DNA from: an uncultured virus (IMG/VR IMGVR_UViG_3300022845_000001)
Lineage: Duplodnaviria > Heunggongvirae > Uroviricota > Caudoviricetes
Length of the DNA stretch: 64,000 bases
Strand: one strand, 5' to 3'
Virus record (IMG/VR): IMGVR_UViG_3300022845_000001
The stretch's first letter is position 1; each line of letters starts with the position of its first letter. The notes beneath the pieces were generated by a model. It was not told the origin of the DNA and did not search any database. It saw nothing but the letters and a program-made list of their open reading frames with translations. A program made the position numbers and the translations under genes. Below, piece after piece: positions 1 through 7,218 of this stretch.

Positions 1-33
1 GTGCTTTATCTAAGGTTTTGTTTTCTTTACTCA

Positions 34-621
34 TTATCTCCAATAAAGTATTTCTCCGTCAAATGGTTTGGGCCATTTGAACCACTCTAAAAACTGCTTG
101 AAAGTTAAGCCATCATTGTAAGCCATCTCTTTAACTTCATCGTTACTCATTGGAAGTGGGAGTCCCATTTTGTAGAATTCAAGTTCTAAAACCTGAAGGT
201 TATCAATCCTCACTATTTCAACGTCTGGTGCTATGATTATCTGAGGGGAGAAGTATGGCTTCCCTGACCATACTCTTAATGAGGCTTTGTCACCTACCTT
301 CCATCTTGATTCCATTTCACCGGATTTATTAACGGTTTTCGCTCGGATCGTGTGGGGTTTACGCTGGTAAGTAGTTGGGGAGGTTACATTAATACTATAC
401 CAAAATTCAAATATCTTCCAGTTGTCTAATTTATCATTATGCCTGTTTAAATAGATTAGGTTTTCTATATAATTATCTCCAAAATATTCATCACCTAAAT
501 AGTCATCGCTACCAAGATCAATCTTTAAACTATTTATAATCTTCTCCACAAAGAAAGTGGGTTTCCCTGCTTCTGGATGGTAGCTAGGAAATGTCCGGGA
601 ACATATTATTACTTTTGCCAT
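34..621 (-). CDS. ASCH/PUA-like domain protein
   Basis: KxHTIR...W(K)VGD...VWSGKPY and A-x-NDGL motifs typical of phage ASCH-like proteins. Confidence 0.55.
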   Translation of the reverse strand: MAKVIICSRTFPSYHPEAGKPTFFVEKIINSLKIDLGSDDYLGDEYFGDNYIENLIYLNRHNDKLDNWKIFEFWYSINVTSPTTYQRKPHTIRAKTVNKSGEMESRWKVGDKASLRVWSGKPYFSPQIIIAPDVEIVRIDNLQVLELEFYKMGLPLPMSNDEVKEMAYNDGLTFKQFLEWFKWPKPFDGEILYWR

Positions 622-637
622 TTTTTTTTATTTAAGG

Positions 638-1075
638 TTACAAACTAAGCATTTTAATAAATTGTTCAGCACCTATATTTGCGATTTTGTGCCTATCTTG
701 ATAGTTTAAGTACTTGCCTACTTTGTCATTACTTTCCCTATACCACCGTTCATTATCTATTTGTGCCATTGCTATGTTTGCAACCCAAGCATCTCTGTAT
801 TTAGGGTCTTTTAATTCCTCGTTTAGTTGCTGAATTACGTCTGAAACGGATGATTTACTAGGGTTTTCTTCCGGTTCAACTTTATCGTACTCACATCCTT
901 TCACTGTATCTGGCATAATTCCAAATATCTCTTTAATAGTATCTTCATCATGCCCGTCTAACTCAAGAGCAGTTTCTATTGCGTGTCTGATAGCATAAGG
1001 GTAATGACAATCCTTTGTATTAATAGTGACTTTTGGTGTTTGGGATTCTTCTTTTCTATTAATTATAATTTTCAT
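638..1075 (-). CDS. hypothetical protein
   Basis: 145-aa ORF in a tightly packed minus-strand run. Confidence 0.7.
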   Translation of the reverse strand: MKIIINRKEESQTPKVTINTKDCHYPYAIRHAIETALELDGHDEDTIKEIFGIMPDTVKGCEYDKVEPEENPSKSSVSDVIQQLNEELKDPKYRDAWVANIAMAQIDNERWYRESNDKVGKYLNYQDRHKIANIGAEQFIKMLSL

Positions 1076-1102
1076 AATAAAGCTAATGTTTTAGTCTAAT
1101 TT

Positions 1103-1363
1103 TTATGGTTTTTTATAAATAGGCTGTTTACAGGTGCCTTCTCTTACACTACATCCCCTTAAACAAACCATTGGGTCTTCACATTTGGAAATTTCAGGTT
1201 TATTATCTAGGTTTTTTTTCTTAAACCTTAAATATGCTTCTGGTGCATATATTACTAATGGTATGTAAGTTTGGATTGGATTACTCCATACTTCCATTAA
1301 CCATTTATTGTAATCGTTTAAATCTTCTTCAGTCATTGTAGTCTCCTTTCTCTTTCTGCCCAT
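1103..1363 (-). CDS. hypothetical protein (start may be the Met near 1336)
   Basis: Co-oriented ORF with Cys-rich C-terminus. Confidence 0.55.
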   Translation of the reverse strand: MGRKRKETTMTEEDLNDYNKWLMEVWSNPIQTYIPLVIYAPEAYLRFKKKNLDNKPEISKCEDPMVCLRGCSVREGTCKQPIYKKP

Positions 1364-2358
1364 AGTAATTCAGCAGCAGTAAATGAAGAACTTTCTGACA
1401 TATCACGTTGATGTATGAATAATCCCTTTGTTACTTCATCAATAAAGTCTTGGCGTTCTCTTTTTTTAGGATCTATATAGAATTCAAGTTTTTGATTTTT
1501 TTTATATTCTGTAATAATCTCTTTTTCGTATTTCTCTCTACCTTCTTTCTTCCCTGCCTCAAACCATTTTTTTTGTTCTTCGTTCATAGTCCATTTAGTT
1601 TTTTGAAGTATCTTATCCATTTTTTCTTCTATCCTTGTAAGGGGGTCGTTTTGTGGTAATTTAAATTGTCTATTCATTTCCTGAGTTCTATACTTTTGTT
1701 CTGTAGATGGTTTGAAGTTATAGAATCTATACATAATATTAGTATGCATACGATGATTATTATCATCAATTAAACAAAAGATTGAACCCTGCTCTAGACG
1801 GTATATCTTACCATTTGTAAAAGATTCTGTAGTCGTTCCAGTGAACTCAGCGTACTTGACTCCTCCCCATTCATACCCAAAATTATTTTTAAATAGTTCC
1901 TCTTTTACAGGGGCTTTACCGAAAATTCGGTTAAACATATTAGCCATTGATTTTTTTTCGGATACTATTAGTTTTTCATTTATATCTTTGATAAATTTTT
2001 CATCTATATTTTTAAAGAAGAAGTCCACAAACTCGCTACTCTCACGTTCATCTTGAGAAATGTTAGCTCCACTTTCAGAAAAGTAGTCTCTTAATTGATC
2101 CAAAAATTCTATTAAAACACCTCTTGTTTCGGTGCTTTTTTTATGATCCTCTTCGGTTATTTTCTCCAAATCCATAGTTTCAAGAATACTTTCCTTCATT
2201 TCCCATAACGACTCTCCATCCAAAGAGTAGATTCGAGCTACTCTTTGGTCTTGAATATAATAGTCTTGTGGTTCAAATACCTTACTACCATAGGTTATTT
2301 CTGCTTTACACCTATATCTGGTTACTTCTTCACCGTTTATTTTATGTTTTTTTTTCAT
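1333..2358 (-). CDS. hypothetical protein
   Basis: 341-aa ORF, no recognisable motif. Confidence 0.8.
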   Translation of the reverse strand: MKKKHKINGEEVTRYRCKAEITYGSKVFEPQDYYIQDQRVARIYSLDGESLWEMKESILETMDLEKITEEDHKKSTETRGVLIEFLDQLRDYFSESGANISQDERESSEFVDFFFKNIDEKFIKDINEKLIVSEKKSMANMFNRIFGKAPVKEELFKNNFGYEWGGVKYAEFTGTTTESFTNGKIYRLEQGSIFCLIDDNNHRMHTNIMYRFYNFKPSTEQKYRTQEMNRQFKLPQNDPLTRIEEKMDKILQKTKWTMNEEQKKWFEAGKKEGREKYEKEIITEYKKNQKLEFYIDPKKRERQDFIDEVTKGLFIHQRDMSESSSFTAAELLWAERERRLQ

Positions 2359-2372
2359 AATAATTTTATATT

Positions 2373-2681
2373 TTAAAAGTTAGTTGTTGCGATTAAACTA
2401 GTGGAATAATTATCTTTAGCATAATCAGCAAAGGTTCCATCTATTTTGTATCCGCTACAGTAATCGTCTTCATTGTAGTCCTCATCATCTTCATCTGGCT
2501 GAAATTCATTTATATCTAAGATGTACATACTTGACCATTGTGATTCAGGAATTTCTTTAACAGTGCAACCAGTAAGGTCTACACAGTCTATAAAGCTTTG
2601 GTAAAATTTACAAGCTTCTTCTTCATCTGGTGCAAGAACCCAATCTGTATCTGAATAGAACGTAAACGAAAATATTTTCAT
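2373..2681 (-). CDS. hypothetical acidic protein
   Basis: 102-aa co-oriented ORF. Confidence 0.7.
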   Translation of the reverse strand: MKIFSFTFYSDTDWVLAPDEEEACKFYQSFIDCVDLTGCTVKEIPESQWSSMYILDINEFQPDEDDEDYNEDDYCSGYKIDGTFADYAKDNYSTSLIATTNF

Positions 2682-2702
2682 ATCAATTAAATTTATAATT
2701 TA

Positions 2703-2930
2703 CTAACCGTGTTTTTTTATTTTAAACCATGAAAACAGTTGTTTAATTCCTTTAATGGCTTCTGGAATTCCCTCTAAAAAAACAAATACAATAAATAATA
2801 AAACGATCATTATCCAAGAAATAGGGTGGTATGGATTTATTTTTATTGTTCTTACATCATCGTATAATTCTGGTTTTTTTTCAATAATCACGTAAAAAAA
2901 CAAAAGTATTTTACCAAAATTTGTCATCAT
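2703..2930 (-). CDS. hypothetical membrane protein
   Basis: Hydrophobic stretch ISWIMIVLLFIVFVFL; overlaps upstream stop. Confidence 0.6.
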   Translation of the reverse strand: MMTNFGKILLFFYVIIEKKPELYDDVRTIKINPYHPISWIMIVLLFIVFVFLEGIPEAIKGIKQLFSWFKIKKHG

Positions 2931-3190
2931 AGTAAGTTAAATAAAATTAGACCCCAAACACCACCTAACGCAGTAGAAAGAAAATCATATAGGTTTTCCC
3001 AATTCACATACCCATTACGGGCGAAATCTCCACCCTCCTTGCCTAGTCCGGCACCTGATGACATACCAATAGCATATCCAGAATCTTTTGTGGCTGCCAT
3101 CGCTATAACCGATATGGTAAATCCTACTACAAAATGAACCACATATCCGCCCCACTTGTGTTTTCCTATAAACTCTAGTATTTTTTTCAT
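2927..3190 (-). CDS. small membrane protein (YfiM/VanZ-like pattern)
   Basis: HFVVG...GLGKE..D...YDFLSTALGG pattern with several TM segments. Confidence 0.55.
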   Translation of the reverse strand: MKKILEFIGKHKWGGYVVHFVVGFTISVIAMAATKDSGYAIGMSSGAGLGKEGGDFARNGYVNWENLYDFLSTALGGVWGLILFNLL

Positions 3191-3420
3191 AATTTATTCC
3201 CTGTTATTGCTTCGTAAACATTAAGCACCTCATGAATGTAATTTATTTTCCTATTGTATTCGCTAGTGATACAAAGATGGAATTCACCAGTCAAAATATC
3301 AGATATAAACCACCGAACTTCATCTTTGTAATAGCAGATGGTTGCAGTTCCGTTAGGGTTTTGCTTATAATTAAACCCTAAATCCAACATTCCTAAACGT
3401 GATATTAATATCTTTCTCAC
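3187..3420 (-). CDS. hypothetical protein
   Basis: C-terminal YIHEVLNVYEAITG resembles a common Bacteroidota phage motif. Confidence 0.6.
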   Translation of the reverse strand: MRKILISRLGMLDLGFNYKQNPNGTATICYYKDEVRWFISDILTGEFHLCITSEYNRKINYIHEVLNVYEAITGNKL

Positions 3421-3747
3421 TTAATTTTGGTTAAACCTTCCAGTGTTTTTAATTAATCCCAAACTCTTAGCATCTTCAAGCCAATCTTTTAAGTTAGAAT
3501 CTGAGTAACAGTCATCAATCGACTCTTTACTTTTTTTTCTAGCCTCATTAGCCCTTTGGATTGCTTTCTTAACATCACTCCTTATTAATCGAGGAACGGT
3601 AGGTAAGTCAGTCTCTTTAATCTTGCTATGGTATTCTTCATCCTCAACCTTAGCGTATTTAATAATGAAAACCATCATTACCATTCCTGATGCAAATCCA
3701 AATGAGAAGATCATTACTGCTATCTGTACAATTGTTGTTGTTTCCAT
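3421..3747 (-). CDS. hypothetical protein with N-terminal TM helix
   Basis: Hydrophobic residues ~6-29. Confidence 0.65.
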   Translation of the reverse strand: METTTIVQIAVMIFSFGFASGMVMMVFIIKYAKVEDEEYHSKIKETDLPTVPRLIRSDVKKAIQRANEARKKSKESIDDCYSDSNLKDWLEDAKSLGLIKNTGRFNQN

Positions 3748-3750
3748 TTT

Positions 3751-3945
3751 TTAAAACGTTAGTTGTAGTGAAAATCCAAACTCTTCAATTAGTCTTTTTA
3801 ATCCTTTTGACTCAGGGATTGGCTTGTGTTGTCTATGATATATTGTTTTTTCTTTGGTATTTAATAATACCCCTTCTTTTCTTATTCGGTAGTGGAGATT
3901 ATACCTAGATTTATTTTTTTTTAGCCTTTCCATTTCCGTAATCAT
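3751..3945 (-). CDS. hypothetical protein
   Basis: Abutting co-oriented ORF. Confidence 0.6.
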   Translation of the reverse strand: MITEMERLKKNKSRYNLHYRIRKEGVLLNTKEKTIYHRQHKPIPESKGLKRLIEEFGFSLQLTF

Positions 3946-3946
3946 G

Positions 3947-4204
3947 CTACTTGAAGATTATAATTGCTCTATCTCCCACCCTTACTGAATCTGAATTATT
4001 AGTATAAAAGTAGTCGTAAGCAAAACTTTTACCGTCAATGGTGGGGAACTTAACCGCTACAATATTCCCATTTCTTTCAGTTACTTCACCCATATTTGGG
4101 TCTAGTGCATAATTCGATGTCTTGCATGAAAACAATACGAATAGGATTACTATTATAAGTATAATATCAATCAGTCTCCAACAAGTAAATTTAACTTTTT
4201 TCAT
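3947..4204 (-). CDS. putative lipoprotein
   Basis: Basic N-terminus, hydrophobic core, lipobox-like LFSC; AAAACCATG start. Confidence 0.6.
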   Translation of the reverse strand: MKKVKFTCWRLIDIILIIVILFVLFSCKTSNYALDPNMGEVTERNGNIVAVKFPTIDGKSFAYDYFYTNNSDSVRVGDRAIIIFK

Positions 4205-4231
4205 GGTTTTTACTTTAAATGTGTTTTTTAG

Positions 4232-4426
4232 TAGGGGAGACAGGATTCGAACCTGTATGAATAAGGTAGGCGTATCATGGACGCCTCGTTTTAGTCGAGC
4301 TGTAGGAATCGAACCTATGCCTTCACAACCCCATGTGATGAACTTACCATTTATTCTATCACTCGTTTTGACATTGTGAACTCCCTTATTCTATTTAATA
4401 GCGTCTACCAGTTCCGCCACTCCCCC
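4232..4426 (-). tRNA. tRNA-Leu-like RNA with anticodon arm replaced by a large insert
   Basis: Acceptor stem GGGGGAG/CTCCCCT plus A73; Leu-type D arm TGGCGGAACTGGTAGACGC; perfect T arm ACAGG-TTCGAAT-CCTGT; 195 nt; no normal anticodon arm. Confidence 0.75.
4295..4365 (-). tRNA. degenerate tRNA-Pro-like element nested in the outer tRNA-like RNA
   Basis: CGAGTGA-TA-GAAT(AAATGGTAA)GTTC-A-TCACA(TGGGGT)TGTGA-AGGC-ATAGG(TTCGATT)CCTAC-AGCTCG-A; C1:G72/A73; 6-nt anticodon loop and imperfect acceptor stem. Confidence 0.6.
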
Positions 4427-4432
4427 ATATTG

Positions 4433-4457
4433 CCTACCCTGCTATATGCAGGGTAGG
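4433..4457. other. perfect 10-bp hairpin just 5' of the tRNA-like RNA
   Basis: CCTACCCTGC-TATAT-GCAGGGTAGG. Confidence 0.8.
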
Positions 4458-4489
4458 GCTTACCTCTCTGTGATCGACTTGGTTTGCTA

Positions 4490-4578
4490 CTAATTTACTC
4501 ACGTTTAGTCCTCGCATTACCGATAGTACGGGTTTAGACTAAGTGTCCCGTATTACTTGCCCTCCGTGAGTAAATCAA
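4490..4578 (-). ncRNA. candidate structured RNA with pseudoknot
   Basis: Outer stem ATTTACTCACG/CGTGAGTAAAT; inner stem GTAATACGGG/CCCGTACTAT; loop TTAGTC complementary to downstream GACTAA. Confidence 0.55.
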
Positions 4579-4584
4579 CCTCAT

Positions 4585-4839
4585 CTATTTGGTGTGATTT
4601 ATATTTACATCTTTATACTTTTTTTTATGTTTATTTATCCAGTACCTAATAATTCCACTTTTATTTACTTTACCTAATACCTTAAATGAAATGTCGGCAA
4701 GTGTTTCAATTTCCGATGGAGTAAGTGAGGCGTTAAAGTGCGCCACTTTTTCTCTTTTCATGTTTACAATTTTAAACTTGATACTCAAAAAAATTACTAC
4801 ATCGTAATCTTCATCACAAATATAGTAATTATTTTTCAA
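4585..4839 (-). CDS. small DNA-binding protein, RHH-like (real start probably Met at 4761)
   Basis: FNASLTPSEIETL...NKSGIIRYWI strand-helix-helix pattern; promoter box lies in the 5' extension. Confidence 0.45.
   Translation of the reverse strand: MKNNYYICDEDYDVVIFLSIKFKIVNMKREKVAHFNASLTPSEIETLADISFKVLGKVNKSGIIRYWINKHKKKYKDVNINHTK
4817..4824 (-). promoter_or_regulatory. Bacteroidota-type -7 promoter box
   Basis: TATATTTG on minus strand matches TAnnTTTG, with TTTG upstream. Confidence 0.5.
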
Positions 4840-4853
4840 GTAACAAATAATTA

Positions 4854-5072
4854 TTAAATTTTCTTTCTATCTTTTATTGGAACCCAGTATTTAGCGTGAA
4901 TCGTCTTACCATCACTTCCAATTATCATTGAAGTAGTAACTGCTACTCCTTGGTTCCTGATTCGGTTAATAGCAGAAGAAAGACGATATACGTCATACAG
5001 ATCTATTGCTAATAATCCGGTTATAGGCTGGCCAGAAAGTAAATGTTGTTTTATTTGTTGTTGCTTGCTCAT
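4854..5072 (-). CDS. winged helix-turn-helix protein
   Basis: IKQHLLSGQPITGLLA..LYDVYRLSSAINRIRNQG typical small phage wHTH. Confidence 0.75.
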   Translation of the reverse strand: MSKQQQIKQHLLSGQPITGLLAIDLYDVYRLSSAINRIRNQGVAVTTSMIIGSDGKTIHAKYWVPIKDRKKI

Positions 5073-5075
5073 GGT

Positions 5076-5390
5076 TTATAGGTTAAATCTGCTTTTTCCT
5101 CTTCTTCCTTTTTGTTTTGCTTTTACGTTTTTACGCATTGCTCTCTCAGCTTTTGCCCGACTTGAGAACTGAACCTTCCTATTACTTGGCCTTTTAACTC
5201 TCTTTTTAGAAGCAGGTGGGGCTGATTTTTTAACAGTTGCCACTGGTGATTTTTTAGTCATCTTGTAAATCCCTTCTGTTGTTGGCAAAACAGCCTTAAC
5301 ACTATTGGTTCCTCCTTTAACTGATTTGTTAGATTTAGCTCTTGGAGTAGGCTTTGCTTTTTCAAATTTGTACTTAGGATCGTTTTTCAT
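5076..5390 (-). CDS. highly basic Lys/Arg-rich protein
   Basis: Roughly one third K/R, very few acidic residues. Confidence 0.7.
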   Translation of the reverse strand: MKNDPKYKFEKAKPTPRAKSNKSVKGGTNSVKAVLPTTEGIYKMTKKSPVATVKKSAPPASKKRVKRPSNRKVQFSSRAKAERAMRKNVKAKQKGRRGKSRFNL

Positions 5391-5486
5391 AATTTAAGTT
5401 GTTTGATTGCTAATTTAATGATTTATTTTTTAATCCTCATTGGAACGATGGTTTGTACTCAGGGTTAGCAAACATTAAAACGATTT

Positions 5487-5777
5487 ACTAACACAGTATA
5501 AAAACCATGCTAGCGTTCGTTACTATTTACTAATCGTGTGACATAAACAAATTAAATATATCATAGCCTTTAGCGTGTTTAGTAGTTGCAATATGCACGC
5601 TAATAAAAGGTATCATAATATCAATAGAGTGTCCGCTATAAACTAGCATCAGTCCTATTTGTTTGTTTAAGTACATAGATAATCTGTATTGTCCCATAAT
5701 TTTTAATTTTTAGGTTTGTGTTTATTAATTAATTATCGTGCTTAATCCCGAACAGTTCTTATACTAAACATTAACCA
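5487..5777. repeat. long attC-like site with an ORF in its loop
   Basis: Left ACTAACACAGTATAAAAACC pairs with right AGTTCTTATACTAAACATTAACC. Confidence 0.6.
5530..5697 (-). CDS. 55-aa hypothetical protein inside attC-like site
   Basis: MGQYRLSMYLNKQIG...NLFMSHD*, A-rich start; below ORF-track cutoff. Confidence 0.5.
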   Translation of the reverse strand: MGQYRLSMYLNKQIGLMLVYSGHSIDIMIPFISVHIATTKHAKGYDIFNLFMSHD

Positions 5778-6190
5778 CAATGCTTACGGTAATTGTTAAG
5801 CAACCCTTTTATATTATCAGCACCAACCGGGTTTGCAGAGTGTACAAATATTTCAGGCAATTTCTTTTTATTATCCATACAGTAATCTACAAGCCATTTA
5901 GCACAGTCCATTCCTGTTTTCTCTTGGTAATTTTGACCACGCCATTCTTGAAACTTTTTACTTTCTTCGTAATTACTCCAAAAATATTCAGGTGTATAGT
6001 GCTCGTCTGCTAAATCGTGGTCAAAAGAAATTGCATTAGGTAATCCAAAAATTTCTATCCATTTGACAAACTGTTCGTGATTTAAAACCCAGTTTATATT
6101 GTAGTATTTACCACTTTCATCCGTTGGTACTTTACCTTCTTCGTTTATAAATGGGTTTCTAATATCATCTAACCAAAGTAATTTCTTCAT
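5771..6190 (-). CDS. cyclic-phosphate-processing receiver-domain protein
   Basis: LWLDDIRNP...ISFDHDL...TGMDCAKWL...HSANPVG signature. Confidence 0.85.
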   Translation of the reverse strand: MKKLLWLDDIRNPFINEEGKVPTDESGKYYNINWVLNHEQFVKWIEIFGLPNAISFDHDLADEHYTPEYFWSNYEESKKFQEWRGQNYQEKTGMDCAKWLVDYCMDNKKKLPEIFVHSANPVGADNIKGLLNNYRKHCG

Positions 6191-6220
6191 AATTCAAATT
6201 TTATATTTCTAATCCGCACA

Positions 6221-6279
6221 GTAGCTAAAACTGTATAAAAAGCCATAAAAAACGGCTCTTATACTAAACGTTAGCATTA
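6221..6279. repeat. short attC-like site A
   Basis: GTAGCTAAAACTGTATAAAAAGCC-ATAAAAAAC-GGCTCTTATACTAAACGTTAGCATTA. Confidence 0.75.
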
Positions 6280-6282
6280 ATA

Positions 6283-6588
6283 CTAAATTGATTCGCTAAA
6301 ATTTACATTATCACTAATAACTTCATCAATGAGTGGTTGTGTTTCTAGTTTTTCAATGGTAATATTAATTGCTTCGGTATAGTTCCCCTTTAGATATAAA
6401 ATACTTGCAACACCTAGAACCTCATTATTAATATAATGCCTGTTCTTTCCTCTTCCTTTTAACACTTCCCAATCCATAGAAACATCATCATCTGTTTCCA
6501 ATACACTTTTATAACCACCTTTTACTTTGTAATGCAGTCTAATCAAATTGTTATGACTAAACTGTTTAATAAATTTTCCTAATTTCAT
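6283..6588 (-). CDS. hypothetical cassette-encoded protein
   Basis: 101-aa ORF filling the space between sites A and B. Confidence 0.75.
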   Translation of the reverse strand: MKLGKFIKQFSHNNLIRLHYKVKGGYKSVLETDDDVSMDWEVLKGRGKNRHYINNEVLGVASILYLKGNYTEAINITIEKLETQPLIDEVISDNVNFSESI

Positions 6589-6619
6589 TCTATTTAATTT
6601 TATAGTTAATAATCCGTAC

Positions 6620-6678
6620 TAATGCTAACACTGTATAAAAGCCATAGAAAAAACGGCTCTTATACCCATCCGTTATCC
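6620..6678. repeat. short attC-like site B
   Basis: TAATGCTAACACTGTATAAAAGCC-ATAGAAAAAAC-GGCTCTTATACCCATCCGTTATCC; near copy of site A. Confidence 0.75.
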
Positions 6679-6682
6679 ATAA

Positions 6683-6916
6683 TTAATTGCTTTTATATTC
6701 TTTTAAGAACTGTTTTACTTGGTCTTTATAGCTTTCCCATTTACCGTTATATTCCTTCCACTCAACAAAAGCCATTAACTGTTTAACACGCTGTATAGTT
6801 AATAGCTCATTTAAGAGTTTGTATATAATTTCAGTAGATTCATTTATTCCATTTTTTGTCATTTGTCTTGATAGAATCGCTACTGCTATTTTGTGTTTTA
6901 TTTCAACTTCTGTCAT
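6683..6916 (-). CDS. hypothetical protein reading through a degenerate attC-like arm
   Basis: 77-aa ORF containing TAACACGCTGTATA (6784-6797). Confidence 0.6.
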   Translation of the reverse strand: MTEVEIKHKIAVAILSRQMTKNGINESTEIIYKLLNELLTIQRVKQLMAFVEWKEYNGKWESYKDQVKQFLKEYKSN

Positions 6917-7015
6917 TATTTTTTTTGTTTTTAGGTTAATATTTTTTAATCCCCATTGAAACGGGTTTTATCTCGGTGTTACCTGCAATTATTATTAAAA
7001 GAAAAAGCCACCCAC

Positions 7016-7170
7016 TCATACGGCTAATACTTGTGTCCATTGTTTCGCCATTGCTTGTGCTATTCCTGAGTATGTTTTACTTCTTAATTTTGCTCGGTCT
7101 TTAGTTTTAGGTAGTAAGTGCATTCTTTGGTTACTGCTTGGCTTTCTTCGCAGCCTACTAATATCTTCAT
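7016..7170 (-). pseudogene. internally deleted phage DNA-methylase-like gene
   Basis: N-terminus MKILVGCEESQAVTKE joined out of frame to C-terminus MHLLPKTKDRAKLRSKTYSGIAQAMAKQW. Confidence 0.75.
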
Positions 7171-7218
7171 AGTTTATATTTTATTTTTCGTTTTTAAATT
7201 CCATTGCTTGTTTTTTTT

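Larger units (their letters stand above)
5426..7170. mobile_element. array of attC-like sites and single-gene cassettes (CALIN-like)
   Basis: Repeated imperfect palindromes TAAC-N-GTATAA...TTATAC-N-GTTA between ORFs; complementary cassette ends. Confidence 0.7.

Noticed and set aside
4122..4379. 85-aa plus-strand ORF over the tRNA-like region
   Set aside because: Antisense to the local operon and better explained by the structured RNA
4232..4426. tmRNA or group I intron-containing tRNA
   Set aside because: No G3:U70 alanine determinant, no evident tag ORF, and the insert is too short and lacks group I core motifs
5426..7170. CRISPR array
   Set aside because: Repeats are imperfect palindromes separated by whole genes of variable length; no cas genes
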